Below are positions 19,336-29,901 of a stretch of DNA of 64,000 nt, piece by piece. This DNA is from an uncultured Chthonomonadaceae bacterium (lineage in GTDB: Bacteria; Armatimonadota; Chthonomonadetes; Chthonomonadales; Chthonomonadaceae): NCBI GenBank assembly GCA_963835065.1, contig CAWIEK010000044.1:384001-448000 (forward strand), read 5' to 3'. Every line of letters begins with the position of its first letter. Position 1 is the stretch's first letter. The notes below the pieces were generated by a model, which ran no database searches, was not told the origin of the DNA, and saw nothing but the letters and a program-made list of their open reading frames with translations. A program made the position numbers and the translations under genes.

Positions 19336-20085
19336 GTCCTCCTGGCGGCGCGCGATGCGTGGGACAAACTCGGCCTTGTGGTGGGCGTAAGTTTGACGTG
19401 GGCGCTGCTGCTGGCGACGTTGTTCAGTTTGGAACGGCTTGTGCCGCGCGCTCTGCCCGTACCGCTTCATATCGGATTGTTGGGATTGCTGCTGGCCCTG
19501 CTGCTGCCGTTGCTGATCGGTGGCGCGGTTTACGTTGCGCATCTGGTTGTGATTCGGGACGAAGTGACGTATGCCGATTTCTGGCGGGGCGGGGTTCGTT
19601 TGTATCCGCAATCGCTGTTGCTGACGGTCTGCCATTTTGTCGTGGAGGGCGTACTGGCGGCGAACATCTGGTTTTACGGGCATGTCGGGCATGTGGGCGG
19701 CTATGCGATTATGCTGCTGTGCCTGTACGCGCTGCTGTTCTGGAGCCTGATGGCGGTCTGCCATTTCCCTCTGCTGGTGGCGCAGGATTTGGGCGTCTTT
19801 GATGAACCGGATAAACCCGCGAAGCGTGGCGTGTTTGCCGTTTTCCGCCGCGCGTTTTATCTTGTGTTGGGCCGTCCGTTCGCCGTCCTGGGCCTGCTTG
19901 CCCTGTGCGCCGTGATTACCTTCGCGTTCATCGCAACGGGCGTGTTGTTCATCCTCATTGGTCCCGGCCTACTGGCGTTGCTGGTGACCCATTCCGTTCG
20001 CGCCCTGCTGATCTATTTTGGCGTTGTGGCTCCGCCGCCGCTGCCGGAAGCCGTTGTGCCGGACGCGAAGTTCCGCCTGCGGTGA
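19269..20085 (+). CDS. Integral membrane protein (DUF624/YesL-like). Start uncertain, possibly out of frame within the repeat
   Basis: About 6 hydrophobic segments in ORF 19231..20085. The RBS-preceded ATG at 19269 is in another frame. Confidence 0.7.
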
Positions 20086-20092
20086 GGAGGGT

Positions 20093-20130
20093 TCACCACA
20101 GAGGCACAGAGACACAGAGGGGTCACAGAG
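20093..20130 (+). repeat. Nonamer repeat arm CACCACAGAG-GCACAGAG-ACACAGAG
   Basis: Same sequence as 62494-62531. Confidence 0.85.
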
Positions 20131-20225
20131 AAAAGAAGAAAAGGAGAAGAGGAGAAGGGGAGGGGAGAACCGCGAAAGATTCGAACCAAAACGAAAAAGA
20201 GTTAGGGGAAGAGGAACAAGCGGAA

Positions 20226-21384
20226 GTGATTCAGCCGCAGGGGAATGGGTTGCGGGTTGCTATGTTTGCGCCGGTTCGGGAGCAGTGCGGCGTGAGTGAT
20301 TACAGCCGCTTGTTGGTGGATGCGCTGCGTACTGTGCCGAATGTAGGGGATGCGCGCGTTGTTGAGGCGCAGGATTTGGCTGTTCAGGGGAGCGCTTTAC
20401 GAGCGCTAATTCGTTATCCGTTGGCGGAACGCGAATATGCGCGAATGGGCGCGCGGCTGAACGCGGAGGGCGCGGATGTTGCCCATATCCAGCATCAGTA
20501 TTTCTTTTTTGGCGGGGTTGCGCCGCACAAGAACCATGCGCGGGCGTTTCTTGGATGCCATCCGCGTACCTGTTGTCATGACCGTGCATGAGATTGCGCA
20601 GGCGGACGCAAAGGCGAATCTGCTTGTTCGCGCCGCAATCCGGTTTACTAATCGGCGCAACTTTCTACACCCCGCCATTCGCGCCCTGATTGCGCATACG
20701 CCGAGTGACCGCGAACAGCTTCTGGCTTTGGGCGCAAAAGCAGGCATGATCCATGTGCTGACGCATCCCATTCCGCCCGCCGCGCCGATGCCCCCGATGG
20801 AAGACGCCAAACGCGCCCTTGATTTGACCGGCAGGCGCGTGGTGACGCTGTTCGGGTTTGTGGCCGCGAAAAAAGGCCATTTGACGGCTTTGACGGCCCT
20901 GCCCTTGCTGCCTAATGATGTGGTTCTGGTATTTGCGGGCGGGCAGCACCCGCAGGACCATACCGATTATGTTCCCATGCTGCGCCGCTACATTGCCGCG
21001 CATGGATTAGAAGCCCGCGTTCGTATTACCGGCTATCTGGACGAGGCGCAAATTCCCGTTGTCATGGCGGCGACGGACGTGGCGATTACGCCATTCACGC
21101 AAACATCCGGCTCCGGTTCGCTGGCAAACCTGTTCGCGTATGGCCGCGCGGTTGTCGCTTCCGACATCGCGCCGCATCAGGTGATTGCGCGGGAACAGCC
21201 GGGATGCCTGGACTTGTTTCACGGCCCGGATGCTCACGAGTTTGCCGCGCGCATTAACGCCGTACTCGACAACCCAACGCGCCGTCAAATGCTGCAACAA
21301 GCCGCCCTCGCCTACGCCCAAAACCACTCGTATCTGGAAATGGCGCGGCAAACGGCGGAAATCTATGAAGGCATTAGGCATTAG
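20226..21384 (+). CDS. Glycosyltransferase family 4, split by a 1-nt frameshift near 20550
   Basis: N-part CGVSDYS...HIQHQY lies in ORF 19905..20591. C-part VVMTVHE, FGFVAAKKG and SGSGSL lies in 20476..21384. Confidence 0.82.
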
Positions 21385-21507
21385 GCATTAGGCATTAGAT
21401 ACAAGGCACAAGTTGTTTAGCGCTGGCATGGAAAGCAAATTCTTGTCGCTTTATACCTAACCTTTAATGCCTAATATCTAATATCTAATGCCTAATGCCT
21501 AATGCCT
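21369..21507. repeat. Heptamer palindrome (AGGCATT)4 ... (AATGCCT)n
   Basis: The left arm contains the upstream TAG. The right arm abuts ATG 21508. Confidence 0.93.
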
Positions 21508-22710
21508 ATGCTCTTCGCCATTGATGGCCGCGCCCTCACCGGGCGCTATACGGGCGACCGCACCTACTGGCGCAATCTGCTGCGCGTGTTGCCGCGCCTT
21601 GCGCCGACAGATACGTTCTGCATCTACTCGCGCCTGCCGATTGCCCCGGAGGAACTGCCGCCGTTCCCGAATGTTTCGTACCGGGTGGTTCCGGCCCGTA
21701 ATGACCGCATTTGGGCGCTCATAGCGTTGCCTCGCGCCCTGAGGCAAGCGCGGCCTGATTTGCTGCATGTGCAGTATACGATTCCGCCCGCCTGCCCTTG
21801 CCCCGTTGTCACAACCGTACACGATATTTCGTTTCGAGTCTCGCCGGAGTGGTTTCCACTGAAAGACAGGCTGCTGCTGAACATGACCATTCCCGCCGCC
21901 ATGCGCCATGCCGCCCGCGTGATTACCGACTCGGAAAGTTCGCGCAATGACATTTTGAGCGCGTACCGCGTGCCGGAGAGCCGCGTCGTTTCCATACCAT
22001 TAGGGCTGCCGCCGGAGTTTGCGGCGCAGGTGGATGTTTCCGAATCTTCAATTTTGGGAAGAAGTGACAACGCGCTTGAAAGTGACAGCCAAACGCGCGT
22101 CCGTCGGCAGGAAATCGCGCGGCAGAAGGTGAAACAACAGTATGGGCTAGAAGCGCCTTATCTGCTTGCGGTCGGTGTGCTTCAGCCGCGCAAGAACCTG
22201 CGCCTGCTGGCTCGCGCGTTCGGCAAAGCGAAAGCAGCATATAACTTGCCGCATCAACTGGTTCTGGCGGGGAAAGCGGGCTGGCAGACGGAAGAAGAAG
22301 CCTTGCGGCAGGAAGCGCGGGAGGGCGGCGGCGAAGATGCGGCCGAAGCGGTTGTGTTTCCCGGCTACATCGCCGATGCCGACCTGCCGGACTTGTACCG
22401 CGCCGCCGATGCTTTCGCGTACCCGTCACTGCACGAGGGTTTTGGGTTTCCGCCCCTCGAAGCGATGGCATGCGGAACGCCGACACTGGTTTCCGACGCG
22501 CCACCCATGCCGCATAATGTGGGCGAGGCCGCGATTGTCGTTCCGGCGCGCGATGTGGACGGTTGGGCAGAAGCCTTAGGGCGCGTACTGACGGACGCCG
22601 AACTGCGAACAAAATTGTCGATTCGCGGACCCGAACGCGCTTTACAGTTTACGTGGGAAGAAACGGCAGAACAGACGTTGCGCGTGTATCGTGAGGTTGT
22701 TGGGGGTTGA
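21508..22710 (+). CDS. Glycosyltransferase family 4 (group 1)
   Basis: Motifs VTTVHDIS, VGVLQPRKN and YPSLHEGFGFPPLEAMACG. Confidence 0.93.
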   Translation: MLFAIDGRALTGRYTGDRTYWRNLLRVLPRLAPTDTFCIYSRLPIAPEELPPFPNVSYRVVPARNDRIWALIALPRALRQARPDLLHVQYTIPPACPCPVVTTVHDISFRVSPEWFPLKDRLLLNMTIPAAMRHAARVITDSESSRNDILSAYRVPESRVVSIPLGLPPEFAAQVDVSESSILGRSDNALESDSQTRVRRQEIARQKVKQQYGLEAPYLLAVGVLQPRKNLRLLARAFGKAKAAYNLPHQLVLAGKAGWQTEEEALRQEAREGGGEDAAEAVVFPGYIADADLPDLYRAADAFAYPSLHEGFGFPPLEAMACGTPTLVSDAPPMPHNVGEAAIVVPARDVDGWAEALGRVLTDAELRTKLSIRGPERALQFTWEETAEQTLRVYREVVGG

Positions 22711-22735
22711 TAACTATTCTTGGAAAAAGCAGTAG

Positions 22736-22837
22736 CAGGTTTCAGGGGCCATTCGTACTCTTCCCTTTTCGTTATGCCCGAAAGAAGTACAAGAAACAGT
22801 GTATTTCCTGACACCTGACACCTGAAACCTGAAACCT
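22736..22837. repeat. Heptamer palindrome (CAGGTTT) ... (CCTGACA/CCTGAAA)4
   Basis: caggtttcagggg pairs with cctgacacctgacacctgaaacctgaaacct. Confidence 0.8.
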
Positions 22838-22850
22838 ATGGAGTTACTTG

Positions 22851-23105
22851 ATGAGCGCTAATTCTGCCGCAACAAACGATACATCGCCATCGCCGCAGCC
22901 GCTGGACGAGTGGTTTCTGGATTTGCTGGCCTGCCCCGGCTGTACGCAGCGCCTGCCCCTCCATCTCAATGCCGAGAAGAACGCGCTGCATTGCCAATGC
23001 GGGCGCTACGCCTTTCCCATTCGGGAAGACGGGCTGCCCGTCGTGATTATGGAAGAAGCCACGCTGCTGAATGAGAACGCGCATCCCGAAGATGTCGTCA
23101 AATAG
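22851..23105 (+). CDS. Trm112/YcaR-family small protein
   Basis: LDLLACPGC...LHCQCGRYAFPIREDGLPVVIMEEA. Confidence 0.85.
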   Translation: MSANSAATNDTSPSPQPLDEWFLDLLACPGCTQRLPLHLNAEKNALHCQCGRYAFPIREDGLPVVIMEEATLLNENAHPEDVVK

Positions 23106-23136
23106 TCAACATTGATGTGGATATTGGAGGAAAACG

Positions 23137-23583
23137 ATGCTGAAAATCTCCTTGATTCATGGCCCTAATCTGAACCTGCTGGGTTCGCGCGAACCGCAGA
23201 TATATGGGCGCGACAGTTATGACGAAATCAACCGCAAAATCAAGGCGCGCGGGCTGCAATTGGATGTGGATGTTCGCATTATGCAATCCAACCACGAAGG
23301 CGAAATCATTGATGCCATCCATGACGCGCGCACCTGGGCGGACGGCCTTGTGATCAATCCCGGCGCGCTTACGCACTACAGCTACGCCATCCGCGACGCC
23401 ATTACCGCCGTGCGCCTGCCCACCATCGAAATCCATCTGACGAACGTTCATGCGCGGGAAGAGTTTCGGCATCACTCCGTCATCAGCCCCGTCGTCACCG
23501 CGCAGATTATCGGATTGGGCGCGCTCGGTTACATTTTGGGCGTGGAAGCCATCAAAGAGCTTGTGGAGCAGGGGCACCGATAA
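23137..23583 (+). CDS. aroQ: Type II 3-dehydroquinate dehydratase
   Basis: Motifs HGPNLNLLGSREPQIYG, QSNHEG, INPGALTHYS and EIHLTNVHAREEFR. Confidence 0.97.
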   Translation: MLKISLIHGPNLNLLGSREPQIYGRDSYDEINRKIKARGLQLDVDVRIMQSNHEGEIIDAIHDARTWADGLVINPGALTHYSYAIRDAITAVRLPTIEIHLTNVHAREEFRHHSVISPVVTAQIIGLGALGYILGVEAIKELVEQGHR

Positions 23584-23586
23584 CAT

Positions 23587-23617
23587 CAGGGGTTAGGGGT
23601 CGGGGGTCAGGGGTCAG
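23587..23617 (+). repeat. Orphan heptamer arm (CAGGGGT)4
   Basis: caggggttaggggtcgggggtcaggggtcag, directly after the aroQ stop codon. Confidence 0.8.
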
Positions 23618-23777
23618 TGTTCCGGTCGCAGACCGGCTGGCCGCAGGCCCATTAGACGGGTCGTTTACAACTCGGCTATCACAGGCATATTTACGCCGCT
23701 GTGTACAAGACGGGTCGTTCACGACTTGGTAGGGTGGAACATTACAGCAGAGTATCAAAACAGCAAGCAGGCGAGAC

Positions 23778-24974
23778 ATGGCACGGATTGGCATTAAACA
23801 TATTTCTATCAGATTACGACACATAAGCGGCTGTGCTGCACTAGTGGGCTTGCAGACGTTTGCCTGCGCATATCCGGCGCAAACGGCGTCAAACCCTGTA
23901 CAAACCACGTCAACTCCTGCGCAAGCGCCGCAAAAGAGTGTCGCGCCGCCGTCCGACAACACGCCTTTGCCTCCCGGCGCGACACCCCCGTCGGCAGGCG
24001 CGGCCACATCGGGGAAAACGCCGCCTGCGGGACAGGAAAGTTCCTCTTCCGGCAACATTCCCACCCTGCCTGCCAATGCCATCCTGCCCATCCTGCTCAA
24101 TTATTCGCTGTGGAACAACAGCCTGATGCTGGCCGACGTGCAGATCAATGGCGGTGTGGAACACTGTATCGTGGATACCGGCATCAATGCCTGCGCCGTC
24201 ACACCCGAAGCGGCCACGCGCCTGAAAACCACGCGCCTGACGACGCAAGCCACGATTACTACGCTCAACGAAACCCGAACCGCGCCCGAAGCCGAGTTTA
24301 CAAACCTGCAATTCAACCAATTGAAGTTCGCCAGCCTGCGGGCCGTCGTTGTCAACGCCGGGGAACTGTATCTGGGAACCGCGCCGGAAGACAGTCCCGC
24401 GCTCTGGCTGGGTACGCCCTTTCTGGCCGCGTTTCAGGTGACATTCGATTACACCGGGCATTACATTTCCCTGGACCGCCCAACCGCCCCCCTGCCGAAA
24501 GGCAATGGAGCCGTGACCCTGCCCCTCGAAGAGCGTGGTGGACGGCTGTACACCCGCGTTACAATTCCCAAAGGCGGCACGTTTTCCGCGCTCATCAATA
24601 CCGGCACGATGGGTACGCTGATTCCCGCAAGTATCGCCGCCAAACTCAAACTCAACCCGTCCCAAACGTTCAATGTGAAATGGACGGGCGGCAAGCAGGG
24701 CAAAGCCTCCCTGATTACCCTCCCGGAACTGCAAGTCGGGCGTATTTCGCAAAAAGACGTGCCTGTTTTGTACTTCGAGGCGAATGGCGACGCCGCCGTT
24801 GACCGAACGCTCGGCGTTTTGGGAGCCGACTTCCTCAACCATTACAAAGTAATTATCAACATGAGCCGCAAAAAACTGACGCTCATCCCCCCGCCACCTG
24901 CCAAAACGGACGATGCCGATTCAACAGATGCCAAAACGGATAAGAAACCGCCAAAGGTCAAGCAAAAGAAGTGA
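23778..24974 (+). CDS. Secreted double-domain retropepsin-like aspartyl protease
   Basis: CIVDTG...LWLGTPFL and ALINTG...GVLGADFL. Signal-like N-terminus and Pro/Thr linker. Confidence 0.85.
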   Translation: MARIGIKHISIRLRHISGCAALVGLQTFACAYPAQTASNPVQTTSTPAQAPQKSVAPPSDNTPLPPGATPPSAGAATSGKTPPAGQESSSSGNIPTLPANAILPILLNYSLWNNSLMLADVQINGGVEHCIVDTGINACAVTPEAATRLKTTRLTTQATITTLNETRTAPEAEFTNLQFNQLKFASLRAVVVNAGELYLGTAPEDSPALWLGTPFLAAFQVTFDYTGHYISLDRPTAPLPKGNGAVTLPLEERGGRLYTRVTIPKGGTFSALINTGTMGTLIPASIAAKLKLNPSQTFNVKWTGGKQGKASLITLPELQVGRISQKDVPVLYFEANGDAAVDRTLGVLGADFLNHYKVIINMSRKKLTLIPPPPAKTDDADSTDAKTDKKPPKVKQKK

Positions 24975-26632
24975 GAACCGCATTGACAATGGATCACGAC
25001 AGAACAATTTGAAGGTTCGTCAATGAAGGGGGATTATATGAACTCGGAAGCACAGGAAACGATCAAATTCTTGAGTTGGCCCTCTGCAAAGCCGCATCGA
25101 ATGTCTCTGAGCAGCTATTATCAAACTGCTGTCGTCCTGGAACGCGCCACCCTGTTGACCGATCCTGCGCGGCGAAATCGCATCTGGCGCTGCCATCTTC
25201 ACGCTGCGAAGGAGAATGTTCCTGACATTCTCATCGTCAAGCAGGTGAAACCAGAGGGCAAAGCCCTTCCACTCTTGCCTCGTGGAACACAAGCCGCAAT
25301 TTTCAAAGATTGGGCGGGCGCGCAGTTACCCAACGAACATGGACGCGCGAAACGGGACATATCGGGCCATGTATTTATGGAGGAGGATGATCGAAGGCGG
25401 CTTTATCCTTCTGGAAGACATGGGGGAGCTTCCCGGTCTTGTATGGCGGACGTGAGCGACACAAGGGAGATGCGAGACGTTGCGGAAGTGGCCGCGCTAT
25501 GATTGCAGAAGCCCGACAGTTAGGGCGACAAATGCCACGCCCTCCATATCCGCAGGAATGTTTGCCGGGAAATTCCCGCATAAACGCGAAAAACTGTGCA
25601 GTATGGCGCGGCGAAACATAAGACGGGGATAGGGAAAAGAGGGCACAACCCATTGCCAGTTTGACCGGCCTTTCGCGCCCCTGTACATGCCTGTTCATTT
25701 CAGTTCGCGTATCTTCTATGGATGATCTTTCCGTCTATACCGCTCTGATTACGTAAGCGCTGTATACTGTTTCTTTACCATTAAACCCTTTTGGCTTGTC
25801 ATTGTATTCGACACCGCTATCTTGTGTTCGAATAAATTTATCAACTTTGTTTTGGCTGTCATCAAAGATATAAAGTAAGATCATGTAAAGAAGCATGTAC
25901 CTTGCTATGGCATCATCTGTCGCCACGCTGAACGGGACAAGGGTAGTATTCTTTTTCTCCTTTAATAGTGCCTTTTTCCAAAACATCAAGCAGTTGTCTG
26001 GTACTTTCCTCGCCGTAAGTAACAACATCGTTGCTTTGGATGCGAAAGTTATAGATTGCGCTACGAAGAACTTTCATAATGTTTGTGCCCGGGGTACTGT
26101 AAGAAGCCCGCTACCTTGACAGCCAGCGTTGCCTATAAGCGCGCCGACTTGAGCGTCAATCTATTAACCACTTGCGAGGCTATTGATCGGTAAAACTTCG
26201 GGCTTGTTCCACAGGCGTCAAACCTTCAAAGCAGGACGTAACATGAGGAACTTGCCATCCTCAGACGCCTCAATCTTAGCGCTGATCCTGTTGCGTAGGT
26301 CGACATGTCTCGCTGCGAAGCGGATTAACGGCAAATTTGCCCGATAGCTGAACGCTCCTTCTACTTTAGTGTATGATGCTCCATTGCGATGCTCCTTTGT
26401 TCGAAACGTATGCAATCACCTCTTGACCAAACTTAGCAAGATTTTGTTACATCGCTGTCGCGCAGTCGAGACATAGTCTCCCGCTGCCTCTTTAACAAAG
26501 TGCTTGCACAAAGAGTTTTGTGTTCGCGCAGGGCATGGTGGAACGGCCTGAGCAATAACTTATTTGTTGTACTCTTACGCGCCAACAATATCATAGTAAA
26601 CGGGTTGATCGTTTCAGCCGATCTGGCTGCCG

Positions 26633-29146
26633 TCAATGTGGCAGGGGTGTTTCCAGAACGCGGGGGTTGCCGCCGTCTACCACAATCAGATGGCCTTGAT
26701 AGATTGCCAGGCCGCGCGGGGCTTGCAGGGGAGCGGTTGACGGGCCGTTATAAGCCCATTGGAGGCGGTAGAATTGGTTGTTCAGGAGGGCGATGGAGTG
26801 GTCGCCCTGACAACTGACGAAGAAGCGGCCATCCGCGTCGAGGATGATATACATGGGGCGCGGCAGGTTGTTGGCGTGGCCGTGCAGTCGGTAGATTTTG
26901 TCCGCGTCTTTGCGCAGCACGGTCAGGCGGTCATTGGCGGTGTCGCAGATGATAAGATTGTCGTGCCGGTCAACCGCCAGTTTCATCGGCTGCTTGACAA
27001 GTCCTTCCCCAACCACGCGCTTGAACTTGCCGTCGGGGCTGAACTCCTGTATCCGGTCATTGTCTGTATCGCAGATGAAAATGTTGTCCTGAGAATCAAC
27101 GGCTGCGCCCATCGGACGCTGAAAATGCCCCGGCTCGCTTCCCGGCGCGTTCAGAACGCGGGCGGCAACCGTCAGGTCGGCGTTTTGCACCACGAAGCCG
27201 GACAGGGGATTGGCTTTGCTTTTGCCCCGCGTGGTGATGATTCGCCCTTTGCTGTCTACAACCACGTCAAAGGCGTTGTCGAACCGCGCTTCTTCCGGTC
27301 CCGCCATGCCGATCATGCTGCCGTTGGCTTTTTGCAGGATGGGACGATCCGCTTCCAGGTCGCGCAGGATACGCCGCCCCGTTCGCGTGACCGCAATCCC
27401 CCAGGGCTGCCGCAGTTTCATCGCGCCAACGACATTCGAAAATGCGCTTGCCGCTCCGTCAGCATTAACAGCGACAACGGCATAGCGGCTAATTGCTCCC
27501 ATGCCCAATTTCGTTTTGCAGACCGTATCGCCGATATTCTCCCCCACTGTTTCCCACTCCCAACTGTCCGATTTGGAACGATAAACCCGGTACGATTTTG
27601 CCCCGCCGATGGCTTCCCAGGTCAGCGTCACATCTTCGCCGCTGACTTCGGCTTTCAGGCCGGAGGGCGGCGGAAGCGCGTTTGGGGGCGGTATGTGGGT
27701 GGCGCGGGTGAATGTGGCGATGTTATGGACGTTGTTGAAGTACGCGAGGTTGACATCCGCGACATCCAGCCAGGCGTAATCCGTCTGCCCGCGCGCCGCA
27801 ATCCGAATAAAGAACACGTTGCGCGCGCCCGTAAAGCTGATCTGCCCGAACGGGTTGTCATGGAGCGTAAAGCCGTCTTCCGTCGTGACGCGCGGGCTGC
27901 TGCGATTGGGCAGCACCATCTTGCCTTCGCCATCCGTCAGCCCGACAAATGCGGCTTCGCCCCCATACGCTCCGTCCGTATCCTGCCAGAAGGTCACGCG
28001 GGCGTCGGGAACCGGCTTGCCCTGCGCGTCCGTGACGATTAATACATTGGTTTGGGGCATGGCGCAGTGGTAATCGCCGTAATAGCCCCGCCGCTTGCCG
28101 TACTGCGTTTCCAGCGCGGCCATGCTCAGGGGCGAAAACAGCGCATCTCCCGGCGTGTGCATCATATAGCGGGACAGGGGCGAGGCGTAGCCGATCAGCA
28201 GCGGATCATTGCCCGTATCCCGTACCATATTTTGCGCCCCGGCGCGGTCAAGCCCGTTTTCGTCCGTCAGGCCAAGCTGATGCCCCCATTCGTGGATCAA
28301 TCCCCAATCCGGCGCGGACGCCCATTTTGCCGTATCCGCCGCCCGTCCGAACAGCCATGCGCCGTCATAACCCGCATCCTGTGGCGTAAACGCGCCCGCA
28401 GGCAGCGTTCCCACCCAGGGCTGAGTCGTATCCTGTACCACGACAATTTTGCCGCAGGCAACCCGAACGCGCGCCCCGCCGCGCGGATTGAGCGGCGAGG
28501 GGCTTGTCTGAAACAGTTGGTTCATCTTGTCCACATGCCATTGCGCCCAATCCTCAAATGAGCGCGTCCCGGCATGGTTTACCAGATGATTGAAACTGTC
28601 GTAAGTCTGCGCGTCCACGCCCCACAGGAGCAGCCACGCATCCGTCGCCACTTCCCGGCTGTCGTTGGCTTGCGAGGTTTGCAGGACTTCATGCGCGGGG
28701 TCGGCCACAAAACGCAGGCGGTGCGCCCCGGCTTGCCACGTCCATTCGCAGGTTTCCGTTCCTTCCTGCGCGGGCATCAACGCGCCCTCATGCGTTCCCT
28801 GCTTGAACGGCTTGTCGTCGAGCAGCCATTGGAACTTCCACGCGCCCAATTTGGCCTCGCCCTTATTGATAACATGCGCGGTAAACGTCACCTTTTCCCC
28901 GGCCTGCGGCTGCCGCTTGATATTGGTGGCTTCGCCGAGCGGAATCGGCTGCCGCGTCTGCGCATCCAGCAGAACGGGCAAATCCAGCAGGTCGGGAATG
29001 TCGTACCCAACCGCATACGCGGGATACAAAGGGGCGCGTTCGATATACGTCACGTCAATATCCGGCTTCGCGCCTTCCGCCCATGCGCCCGATAACAGGC
29101 CGCACGATAACACAACTGCCAACAACAATTTTCCCGCTAAAGACAT
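26633..29146 (-). CDS. Secreted multidomain zinc metallopeptidase-like protein (CARDB/Ig-like + HEXXH + Fn3 + NHL propeller)
   Basis: Signal peptide, VTFTAHVINKG, LIHEWGHQLGLTD, LTWEA...SYRVYR...YAVVAVN and repeated P.G.AVDS...ICDT.NDRI. Confidence 0.8.
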   Translation of the reverse strand: MSLAGKLLLAVVLSCGLLSGAWAEGAKPDIDVTYIERAPLYPAYAVGYDIPDLLDLPVLLDAQTRQPIPLGEATNIKRQPQAGEKVTFTAHVINKGEAKLGAWKFQWLLDDKPFKQGTHEGALMPAQEGTETCEWTWQAGAHRLRFVADPAHEVLQTSQANDSREVATDAWLLLWGVDAQTYDSFNHLVNHAGTRSFEDWAQWHVDKMNQLFQTSPSPLNPRGGARVRVACGKIVVVQDTTQPWVGTLPAGAFTPQDAGYDGAWLFGRAADTAKWASAPDWGLIHEWGHQLGLTDENGLDRAGAQNMVRDTGNDPLLIGYASPLSRYMMHTPGDALFSPLSMAALETQYGKRRGYYGDYHCAMPQTNVLIVTDAQGKPVPDARVTFWQDTDGAYGGEAAFVGLTDGEGKMVLPNRSSPRVTTEDGFTLHDNPFGQISFTGARNVFFIRIAARGQTDYAWLDVADVNLAYFNNVHNIATFTRATHIPPPNALPPPSGLKAEVSGEDVTLTWEAIGGAKSYRVYRSKSDSWEWETVGENIGDTVCKTKLGMGAISRYAVVAVNADGAASAFSNVVGAMKLRQPWGIAVTRTGRRILRDLEADRPILQKANGSMIGMAGPEEARFDNAFDVVVDSKGRIITTRGKSKANPLSGFVVQNADLTVAARVLNAPGSEPGHFQRPMGAAVDSQDNIFICDTDNDRIQEFSPDGKFKRVVGEGLVKQPMKLAVDRHDNLIICDTANDRLTVLRKDADKIYRLHGHANNLPRPMYIILDADGRFFVSCQGDHSIALLNNQFYRLQWAYNGPSTAPLQAPRGLAIYQGHLIVVDGGNPRVLETPLPH

Positions 29147-29257
29147 GCAAAAGAACCTCGCCACAGCAGCCATTCTGTGCCACAAAAATTCGTTGCTGCC
29201 CGGCATAATGAATTGACAAAGAGCCAATTCACAAAGAGAACTTGAGTAGATACCACG

Positions 29258-29782
29258 TCACTCCAGCACTTCCAGAGGAATAAAGCAGAATGTATCAGGC
29301 ACCGTCATTGTGGTATACCCAAACTCTCCTGCAGGCACTAATTCTTCTGTAGTTCCCAATTCCGAAATGAGGTCACGGACGAAATCGTCTATTTTCAGTC
29401 CCACGTTGATGCACCCGGCGCTGCCGATATGGTTCCCCCCGTGAATGAAGTAGCCGTGGTGTCCATCCATGACGGTTCCGGGGAAAGGATGAATGGTAAT
29501 GCGGTGCATGCCCCACCCGGAGTCATTGCAAGTCGTGCCGCCCAACCGCATCCGCAAGGCGTGAAAGCCGGTGCAGTGCCAGAGTTCACTGGGTTGAATC
29601 CAGTAGTTGCCCTTGCGAATAGGCTCATAAACCCCCGTCTTACCCGAAACGGCATAATAAGAGTGAAAATGCTTTCCGGCGCGCATCGTCAGTTCGTGGC
29701 CGGAAAACTTGAGCCGTATCTGCGTGGGACCACAGGCCGGAACGGTTGGGTTGCGCTGCTCGTCATAATGACTCTCTGCCAT
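29258..29782 (-). CDS. DUF2778/Tlde1-like L,D-transpeptidase-fold protein
   Basis: AVSG, PIRKGNYWI, WG..RI and GYFIHGG...SAGCI. Strong RBS before ATG 29782. Confidence 0.75.
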   Translation of the reverse strand: MAESHYDEQRNPTVPACGPTQIRLKFSGHELTMRAGKHFHSYYAVSGKTGVYEPIRKGNYWIQPSELWHCTGFHALRMRLGGTTCNDSGWGMHRITIHPFPGTVMDGHHGYFIHGGNHIGSAGCINVGLKIDDFVRDLISELGTTEELVPAGEFGYTTMTVPDTFCFIPLEVLE

Positions 29783-29901
29783 AATTGTCTTCTCCTTCCA
29801 TAGTGTAGGGTTCGTAAGCGGGCGCGGCAAGCAACGCCCCTGCCTTTGATGGGCGCAGAAAGCAACGCCCCTACCATCGGAAACTTATATTTCACAGCCT
29901 C

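Noticed and set aside
25023..25502. 159-aa ORF as a functional gene
   Set aside because: It has no recognisable motif and an unconvincing C-terminal half. It may be a remnant, so it was not called as a feature.
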